Source of the DNA: an uncultured Holophagales bacterium
GTDB lineage: Bacteria; Acidobacteriota; Thermoanaerobaculia; Multivoradales; UBA5704
Assembly (NCBI GenBank): GCA_963842525.1
Contig: CAWJGT010000009.1
Coordinates: 1,024,001-1,088,000 of the forward strand
Reading direction: 5' to 3'
Length of the DNA: 64,000 nt
This document shows, in pieces, positions 1-9,700 of the stretch. The stretch's first letter is position 1, and every line of letters starts with the position of its first letter. The notes beneath the pieces were generated by a model that saw only the letters and a program-made list of their open reading frames with translations, did no database searches and was not told the DNA's origin. The translations under genes were made by a program, and so were the position numbers.

Positions 1-609
1 CCCCTGTGAGAAGGCACCGTAGAGGGCCGCGACCTCCTCTACCAGAAGGTTCATGGACCAGGCGTCCGACACGATGTGATGCATGGTGACGAGGAGCACC
101 TGATCGTCCAGCCCCAGGCGGAGCAGCCGTACCCGGAGCAGCGGCCCCTGGGCCAGATCGAACGGAGCCCACGCCTCCTCGGCCGCGAGCCGCCGTACCT
201 CATCCTCGGTCTCGGCCAGGCCCGAGAGGTCCACCAAGAGGATCGGCATCGGGCAGGGAGGCGCGATCCTCTGGGCCGCCTCCTGACCTTCCATCGCGAA
301 CGTGGTCCGAAGCGTTTCGTGCCGCCGTGCAATGTCCGAGAACACCCGTGCCAGCACCGCCGGATCGAGGGCCGTCCGGATCCGCACCGCGATCGGCAGG
401 TTCCAGGCCGTATTGCCGGGAGCGAGCTGATCCAGGAACCACAGCCGCTCCTGGGCGAACGAGAGGGGATAGGACGATGCATCCCGCGGCACCGGCACGA
501 TCGGCGTCCGCGAAAGATCGATCCCTCCCTTGCGGGCTAGCAGGGCGAGAAGCTCGCGCTTTTTCGGATCGAGAGCGGCGAGGGTCTGGGCGAGATGAGA
601 TTCAGACAC
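1..609 (-). CDS. NRPS, 5' part (docking helix plus condensation domain); runs off the left edge
   Basis: Own translation from GTG at 609: MSESHLAQTLAALDPKKRELLALL...YPLSFAQERLWFLDQL...LLVTMHHIVSDAWS (C-domain HHxxxD motif). Missing from the ORF track because it has no stop in the window. Confidence 0.9.
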   Translation of the reverse strand, partial: MSESHLAQTLAALDPKKRELLALLARKGGIDLSRTPIVPVPRDASSYPLSFAQERLWFLDQLAPGNTAWNLPIAVRIRTALDPAVLARVFSDIARRHETLRTTFAMEGQEAAQRIAPPCPMPILLVDLSGLAETEDEVRRLAAEEAWAPFDLAQGPLLRVRLLRLGLDDQVLLVTMHHIVSDAWSMNLLVEEVAALYGAFSQG

Positions 610-734
610 GGTGAGTCAGCAAGGGAGAAGCGCCAGAATATATACCGCGGTGACGTAGAGTCGGCAAACGGCCACCTACTCCGCAAGGGGGAACGCTACG
701 CGGGGTCGCGCACGCCGTGCTCAGGGTCGCGCCG

Positions 735-3700
735 CTAGCTTCCCCGCAGCTCCGCCAGCATCCTTTCAACCTCCTCGGGCGAGGTCTCCCGCAGCTCCGC
801 CAGCATCCTTTCAACCTCCTCGGGCGAGGCCTCCCGCAGCTCCTCCGCCAGCATCCTTTCAACCTCCTCGGGCGAGGCCTCCCGCAGCTGTGCGGCGAGG
901 CGGGCGAGCTCCTCGGTCTCGGACTCGTCTTCGGTCCGCGCTCGGTCCGCGGCTTCGGCCAGGGCCTGGACCGTCACGGCTTCGAAGAAGGTCGGGAGCG
1001 AGAGGCGCACGCCCAGGACGTCGTGGACGCGGACCATGATCTTCGTGGCGAGGATGGAGTCGCCTCGCAGCTCATAAAAGTTGTCGTCCAGCCCGATCTG
1101 CTCGACGGGCACGCCGAGGACCTCGGACCAGATGCGCGCGATCGCTTGCTCGGTGCCGGTCTGCGGCGGCCGGTGCTCGCGCGAACATAGCGCCAGAGCC
1201 TCCTCGGGCGCGGGCAGGGCGCGGCGGTCGACCTTTCCATTGGGTCCCAGCGGCAGCGCCGCGAGCGGCACGAAGAGCGGAGGCACCATGTAGTCCGGTA
1301 ATCTCTCGCGCAGAAAGGCGCGGAGGTTTTCCGGGTCCTGGTCCGGCACGACGTAGGCGACCAGGTGCTTGCTGCCGAGCCTCTCTCCGAGGGCCACGAC
1401 CACGGCGGCGTGGACGGACGGGTGCTCGGCGAGAGCGGCTTCGATCTCTCCCAGCTCGATCCGGTAGCCCTGGACCTTGACCTGGAAGTCTTCGCGGCCC
1501 TGGAACTCGATCGTACCGTCCGGGAAATACCTTCCAAGATCGCCGGTGCGGTACAGGCGCTCGCCGGTCTCGGGATGGCTCACGAAGCTCGCGGCCGTCT
1601 TGTCCGGATCGCGCCAATAGCCCTGCGCCAAGCCGATGCCGCCGATCCAGAGCTGGCCCGGGACCCCATCCGGCCGCGGCTCGAAACGGCTGTCCAAAAC
1701 GTGGAAGGTCTGGTTCGCCATGGGCCGGCCGTAGGGGATGCTCTTCCAGGCGGGATCGACCTCGCCGATCGGATACCAGATGGACCAGATCGACGCCTCT
1801 GTGGCGCCGCCCAGGCTGACCACCCGGGTCTGCGGGCTCAAGGCGCGGACGCGGCCGGGGAGGTCGAGAGGGATCCAGTCGCCGGAGAGGAGCGCCAGCC
1901 GCAGCGGGCTTTCCAGGCTGCCTTCGGCACTGCTGGTCTCCAGGAAATCGATCAGCATCTGGAGCAGGGCCGGCACCGAATTCCAGACCGTCACACGCTC
2001 GCTCCAGATCCGCTCCGCCCAGTGCGCCGGATCGCGTTGCGCATCGGCGCGCGGGATGACGACGGCGCCGCCGGCTGCCAGGGTGCCGAAGATGTCGTAG
2101 ACCGACAGGTCGAACGAGAGGGAGGACAGGGCGAGCACCCGGTCGTCAGGACCGATCCCATAGGCCCGGTTCACATCGAGCACCGTGTTGACCGCGCCTC
2201 GGTGATCGATCATGACCCCCTTGGGTTGGCCCGTCGAGCCGGAGGTGAAGATCACATAGGCAAGATCGGTGACCTGCTGGACCGGGTCGAGCGGCGCGCC
2301 GTCCGCGGACAGGCCGGTCCCCTCGTGGTCCAGGACCACGCGGTGGACCTCGGGCGGCCAGTCGAGGGCGGCATCCACCGCCGGGGTGGTGACGGCGATC
2401 CGCACCTCGCCGCGTTCCAGGAGTTGGTGGAGGCGCTCGCGGGGGAGGCCGGGCTCCAGTGGCAGGTATGCGGCGCCCGCGGCGAGGACCCCCAGCACCG
2501 AGACGACCTGTTCCCAGCCCTTTTCCTGGACCACCGCGACCAGGGTGTTCGGTTGCGCTCCGAGCGCGCGGAGGTGCCGGCCCAGGCGGCTCGACAGGCG
2601 GTGCAGCTCGCCGTAGGTGAGGGTCCGGCCCGGCGCCAGCACCGCCGGCCGGCCGGGCTCCGCGGCGGCCTGCCTGGCGAACAGGATGTGGAGATGCTCG
2701 CCGGAGACGGGCGCAGCGGTGGCGTTGACCTGTGCTCGGACGGCGAGTTGCTCCGCAGGTAGGAGGTGGAGGCGCTCGGCGGTCCAGGTCGCCTCGTCCT
2801 CGACGAGGCGGTGGAGCAGGGCGCCGTAGGCGTCCCAGACAGCGTCAATCAGCCCCGCGGGGAAGAGCTCGACGACGACGTCCCAGTTGAAGGTCAGCGC
2901 GCCATCCGTCTCGGCCACCTGATGGTCGAGCCAGACCTGCGGTGTCTGGCTGACCCCGTAGACCCACTCCATCCGCGGGCCGACGGCCTCGACGTCCTCC
3001 GCCGGCGCGGTGCCCTGCGTGACGTTGAGGGTGCTGGTGAAGACGACCGGCTGGAGAACGTGATGCCCGTGGACGCGCGCCAGCTCGCGTAGGACGCGCA
3101 CGCCGGACACGGCGCGGTGCTCCAGGTCCTGCCAGAGCCGTTCCTGGACGGACCGCGCGCGTGTTTCGAACCCACCGGCGCCCGACACATCCACGCCTAG
3201 CAGGGTCAAAGAGGTGAAATCGCCGAGGATCTCGTCGGCCTGCGGGTGGACCGGCAGGCGGTTGAACAGGGTCAGCGTGATGGTGAAGCGCGGGCTCTTG
3301 CTCCAGGCGGCGAGGACCTCGGAGAAAGCGGCCAGCAGCAGGCCGGACGGCGTCAGCCCGGCGCGGGCGCCACGCTCCTTGAGGCGCTGCCATGAGGCGG
3401 CCTCGAGCCCGCCGCTCCAACGCCGGAAGCGGGGCTTGTCCAGTGACGCCGGGGCCTTGGCAAGTGGCAGCTCGGGCGCGGGCGGCAGATCCTGCACGCG
3501 CTGCCGCCAATAGTCGAGGGAACGCTGCCAGTCCTCGGTCTCCTGCAGGGCCGCCTCGGCGAGCACATAGTCGCGGAACGACAGTGTGAGCGGCGGCAAG
3601 ACCGCGTCGGGCTCGCGGTAGAGGCGGGCGAGCTCGCGGGACAGGATCTCGAAGCTCCACCCGTCGCCGATCAGGACGTCCAGGCTAATGTAGAGCCGGG

Positions 3701-6700
3701 TCCGTTGCGCGTCGACCCGGGCGGCCCGGATGTCGAAGAGCGGCCAGCGGTCGGGCCGCAGGACCTGGTGCGACATGCCGGTCCGGATCTCCTGGAGCGC
3801 GGTCTCCTTCTTCACGGGATCGAGGCCGGCGAGGTCGACGGCGGCGATCTCATAGGGCGGAACCTCTGGGAGGATGCGCTGCCGGCCGTCGGGCAGGAAG
3901 ACCGCGCGCAGCATCTCGTGCCGGTCGATGGCCCGCCGCAATGCCTGGGTCAGCCGCCCGAGGTCGAGGCCGTCCGCGTCGAATTCGAAATAGATGTGGG
4001 AGCCGACGCCGCCCAGCTCGAAGGCCTCGCTACGGCCGAGCCAGTAGGCCTGCTGGATGTCGGTCAGCGGGAAGGGCTCGAAGCGGTGCTTGGGGTCCGG
4101 CACGACGACCGGCAGGGCCGCGCCTGTCGAGACGCCGAGGTCTCCCTCGCTGCGCCGCCGGGTGACGAGGGCTGCCAGCTCCGCGATCGTCGGATTTTCG
4201 AACAGCGCCGCGATGGGCAGCGCGACGCCGAAGCTCTCGCGCACCCGGCTCATGAGCGAGGTGGCGAGCAGCGAATGGCCACCCATCTCGAAGAAGCTGT
4301 CGTGCCGGCCCACGGCCTCGATGCCCAGGAGTGCCTGCCACGTCCCGGCGATGGAGCGTTCCAGGTCCCCTTCGGGAGGCACGTAGGCGTTCCGCAGGTT
4401 GGGCCGCGCATGGCCGGCGAACGGACCCCGGGTCGCCCCGGCTTCGAGCGCCGGGCTTGTGCTGACGACCGGGGCGGCGCCCCGTCCCGCGGGCCGTCGC
4501 ATCCACCGCTCCTCGCTGCGCCACGCGATTGCCGGTTCCTCACCGTGCAGGGCCTCCGCAAGCAGCCGGCCTGCCATGGCCTCGGCCCAGGCCTCGCGAT
4601 CTGACGAAGGAGGCCGGAGATCAATCGCGCGGCAGAGCAGGCCCTCCTTGGAGGCTGCCTCGCAGAGACCGGGAAGGGATGCCTTGCCGGGGTCAGTCTC
4701 TTCGTCGTCCCGTACGGCGAAGAGACCGTCTGCCACCACCAGCAGGCGCGTAGGCGATCCGTTGCGTGAGCTCAACTCGCGCAGGACGGGGAGGACGCTG
4801 CGGAAGCCCAGCTCTTCGCTGCGTTCCAGCCGGTCGAAGAGGGAGGCGTGTTCGCCGGTCGCCAGGCCCCAGAGGTGGAGGATGCGGGAGGGCGGCGTGC
4901 CGAGGGCGTCGAGCAGGACGGCGCAGTCCTCGCGGGAGCCTGGTCGGATGGTCCAGGTGCGGTCACCGGTGCGGGCGAAGGCTTCGCCGGGGATGACCAG
5001 GACGGCCTGGTGTTCAAGGTGGTGGGCGATGCGGGTCGCGAGGCCAAGGGTGTCGGCGAAGAGGACCCATCCTCCGTCCCATGCCGTCGCCCCTTCAGGG
5101 CTTGAGCTGAAAAATGGGGTGCTACCTGGGGTTGAAACCCCAGGCTTTATGCCGTCGCCCCTTTGGGGCTCACCCACCTCGCCCCCTCTATGTTCCCCCT
5201 CTCCCGGGTGGTGGGGGGGCGATGGGAGAGGGGGCCAGGGGGTGAGGACCCACGGCCGCGGCTCGACTCGGTCGACCCGCTCGATCCAATACCGGTTCCG
5301 TTCGAACGCATACGCCGGCAGCGGCACCCGTTTCCGCTGCTCCCCGGCGTGCACCCCCTTCCAATCGATCTCGACGCCGGCAATCCACAGCTTCGCGAGC
5401 GACTCCAGCACGAAGGCGCGCTCGTCGCCGGTCTCGTGGACCGATGGCAGACTGCGCACCGCAGCACGATCCCCTTCGGCAAGCCCCTCCAGGGAAGCCA
5501 GATGCTGCAACGCCAGCGAGGTCAGGCTGCCGCCGGGGCCAACTTCGAGGAGGAGGCGATCGGGCTCGCGCCACAGCTCGGTGAGGCCTGCGGCGAAGCG
5601 GACCGGGCCGCAGAGATGGCGCGACCAGTACTCGGGATCGGTGGCGTCCGCAGCGGTCAGCCAGCCGCCGGTGACGTTGGAAAGGCATGGGATGCGCGGT
5701 GGCCGTCTCTCGATCTGGCGGACAAGCTCCGTCAGCCGCGGAGCCACTGGGAGCATCATCCGCGAGTGGAAGGCGTGCGAGGTCTCGACAGGTCGGCAGG
5801 CGATTCCGTGCGCCGCGAGCTGGGATTCCAGATCGGCTATGGCTTCGGGTGGACCGGCGACGACGCAGAGCGCCGGGCCGTTGACCGCAGCCAGGGAGAG
5901 AGCCTCGCCGAGCAGCGGCTCGACCTCGGCCTCGGGGAGAGCCACGGCCAGCATCGAGCCGGCCGGCAGCTCGTCGATCCAGCGTGCCCGTTCGGCCACC
6001 AGGAGCAGCGCGTCATCGAGCGAGAGGACTCCGGAGACGCAGGCGGCCACGTACTCGCCCAGGCTGTAGCCGAGCACCGCCTGCGGCCGGACGCCCCAGG
6101 ACATCCAGAGCTTCGCCAGGGCGTACTCCAATGCGAATACCGCCGGCTGGGCGATCGCGGTCCTGGACAGCTCGCCGGTGGTGCTCTCACCTCGGCCGAG
6201 CATGCGCCGCAGGTCGGGGCCACTACCGGTTTTTGTGCCCTCGTCCAGAAGCACCTCTCGAAGATCCCGGCCGAGGTGCGGGAGGAGGATTTCAGCGCAG
6301 CGGTCCAGCTCCTCACGGAAGACCGGCTCGTCGCGATAGAGGCCCGTTCCCATTCCCGGATACTGGTCTCCCAGGCCGGAGAAGACGAAGGTGGCAGGCC
6401 GGTCCTCCGGCCCGCGGGCGCCGGTGAGGAGCCGCCGGGGATCGCGTTCCGCCAGAGCTTGTGTCGCATCTCTGACCGAACGGCAGACCAGGGCGCGACG
6501 GTGCTCCCAGCCGCGGCGCCCGGCCTGGAGGGTCCAGGCGATATTCCCGATGTTCCCCAGGCTCTCGTCCGGATGGGTTTCGAGATGCCGGGCGAGCCGG
6601 TCGGTAGCGCGCTCCAGGGCGGCTTCGGTGCGCGCGGAGAGCACCAGGAGCTGCCAGGGCCGGGCGTCCGTCGTTTCGGACTCGGGCGCCTCCTCCAGGA

Positions 6701-9700
6701 CCACATGGACGTTGGTCCCGCCCAGGCCGAAGGAGCTGACTCCGGCACGGCGCGGCGAGCCATTGCGTGGCCAGGAGGTGAGCGCGGCATTGACCCGGAA
6801 CGGCCCCGCGGCGAAGTCGATCTGCGGGTTCGGGGTCTCGAAGTGCAGGCTCGGCGGGATCTCCCGGTGCTCCAGCGCCAGGACGGTTTTGATCAGGCCG
6901 GTGATCCCCGCCGCCGCATCGAGGTGCCCGACGTTGCTTTTGACACTGCCCAGCGCGCAGGTGCCCGGGCCGGCTCCCGGACCGAAGGCCTGGTGGAGCG
7001 CCGCGACCTCGATGGGGTCTCCCAACGGTGTGGCGCTGCCATGGGCCTCGACGTACTGGATCGTTGCGGGATCGACGCCGGCCGCGGCCTGCGCCTCGGC
7101 GATGGCGCGCGCCTGCCCTTCGATGCTGGGCGCCGTATAGCCCACCTTGCCCGCGCCGTCGTTGTTGATGGCGGAGCCGCGGATCACCGCATGGATGAAG
7201 TCGCCGTCGGCGAGCGCCGCCGCGAGGGGGCGCAGGACCACGACGCCGACGCCATCGCCGCCCACCGTGCCCTGTGCGCGGGCGTCGAACGAGCGGCAGT
7301 GGCCGTCCGGCGATTCGATGCCGGTCTCCATATAGAGGTAGCCGGCCTTCTGGGGGAAGTGGACCGATACGCCGCCGGCCAGGGCCATCTCGCACTCGCC
7401 GGCGAGCAGGCTGCGGCAGGCCTCGTGGACCGCCACCAGCGACGTCGAGCAGGCGGTTTGCACGGTCATTGCCGGACCGCGCAGGTCGAGCTTGTAGGCG
7501 GCCCGCGTCGCCAGAAAATCCTTGTCATTACCCACCATCAGCCCCAGGCCGCGCGCCGACGCCGGCAGGTCGGGGTTGGTGAAAAGGTTTCCAATGCCGT
7601 AGGTGCTGAGGCCTGTGCCGGCCCAGACGCCGGCGCGGAGGCCCTCGCGGCCCGGGTCGTGCCCGGCGTTCTCCAGCGCCTCCAGCGCACATTCCAGGAA
7701 CAGCCGCTGCTGGGGATCGGTCAGCTCGGCCTCGCGCGGGCTGTAGTCGAAGAGCCCGGCGTCGAACAGGTCGGCCCCGTCGAGGATGCCGCGCGCCGGT
7801 ACGTAGGCGGGGTCACGGAACAGCTCCTCGGGGACACCGGCCGCCCGCATCTCTTCCGCGGTGAAAAAAGAGATCGATTCGACCCCTGCGCGCAGGTTCT
7901 GCCAGAGCTCGTCGACGTTTGCGGCGCCCGGGAAGCGGCCTGCCATGCCGATGATGGCGATGTCCCGGGAAGCTTGGCGCGGAGCCGTCGTCACGACAGG
8001 CGTCGGCCGCTCGCTCGTCTCGCCGCGCAGCCGGCGGGCGAGGGAGGACACGTCCGGATGGCGGAAGAGGTCGACGAGGGAGAGGTCGGACCCCAGCTCG
8101 CGGCGCAAGCGGTCGTGGACTCGCATCAACAGGAGCGAGTGCCCGCCCAGGTCGAAGAAGTTGTCCCGCAGCCCTACCCGTTCGACGCCGAGGACGTCAC
8201 GCCAGATCGCAGCGATGGCGCGCTCGGTCTGGGTGCGTGGAGTTTCGTAGACAGCCGGGACGGCCTGGGTCCGCATCCTGTCCCGGGCCTCGGTCCAGCC
8301 GGCCGGGAGCACCTGCCGGCGCTCCTCCTCGGAGAGGACGTCGACCTCGCCCAGGGACCGCTCCGGGTCTGCCGCGAACGCCGCCAGGATATGGTCGAGC
8401 CAGCCCAGCAGGCGGCGTGCTGTAACCGCCTCGAAGCGGTGGTCGTACGTGAGCTGGAGCCGCAGTTGCGCACCGGGGAGGACCGACAAGGTCAGCGGAT
8501 AGCCGGTGCGCTCGACGATGCGGACCCCGGTTACCTCCAGGTCTTCGCTTGTCGCAGCGGCCAGGGAGGCGACCGGATAGCTCTCGAAGGCAAGAAGGGT
8601 CTGGAAGAGAGGCTCACGGGCGGACAGGCCGCTCCAGCGCTGGATTTCGGGAAGCGGCGTCTGCTCGTGCTGGCGCATCCCGGCCTGCCGGGATTGGAGG
8701 TCGGAGAGCCAGCCGGCGATCCGCACGTTGGGATCAACCTCGATCCGCACGGGCAGCGTATTGACGAACAGGCCGAGGGCGGATTCGACGCCGGGCAGCT
8801 CGGGCGGGCGGCCGGCCACCACGGCGCCGAAGACCACCTCGCGCTCGCCGGTCCAGCGGGCGAGGAGGAATCCCCAGGCACCTTGCACCAACGTGTTGAG
8901 GGTCAGTCCGAGCCCGCGGGCCAGCGTCTCCAGGCGGGTGGTGTCGTCCTCGGCCAGGATCACCTCCTCCTGCCCGAAGTCGGACGCCCGCTCGGGTGGC
9001 GGCAACGACCGGTCCCAGGGGAGCCTTGCCGAGGCCGTGAGATCGGCCAGCTCGTGCCGCCACCAACGCTCGGCCTCTTCGTGATCCCGGCTCGCCAGCC
9101 AGGCCACGAAGTCGCGGTAGGGAAGGGCGGGCGGGGGCAGCGGATCGGCCGCCTCGCCCCGCCGTTCGGCCTCGTACAGGGCGAAGACCTCGGCGAAGAC
9201 CCGAGGGAGGCTCCACCCGTCCAGCAGCAGGTGGTGGAAGCTCCAGACGAAGCGGTGCTCGTCCTCGCCGGTCCGCAGCAGCGCGCCGCGCAGCAGCGGC
9301 GCCCGGGAGACGTCGAAGCCGCGCCGGCGGTCCTCCGCGGCGAAGGCCTCCAGCCGTCCGTCCGGGTCCGCGTCCCCCCGCCAGTCCTCTTCGGTCCAGG
9401 GGATCTCGACGCCGCGGCGGACGACCTGGAGCGGCTCGTCGAGATCCTGCCAGACGAAGGCGGTGCGCAGGATGCCGTGCCGGTCCACCAGCCGCTGCCA
9501 GGCGAGGCGGAAGGCGTCGGCATCCAGGTCCCCGTGCAGGGTGCAGGAGAGCTGCTCGAAGTAGATCTCACCCGCCGGGCTGTAGACGGCATGGAAGAGC
9601 AACCCCTCCTGGAGCGGCGCCAGGGGATAGAGGTCCTCGACCGTCCGGTCGTTGTCCAGGAGACGGTCCAGGCCGGACTGGTCCAGCCGGGCCAGTGGGA

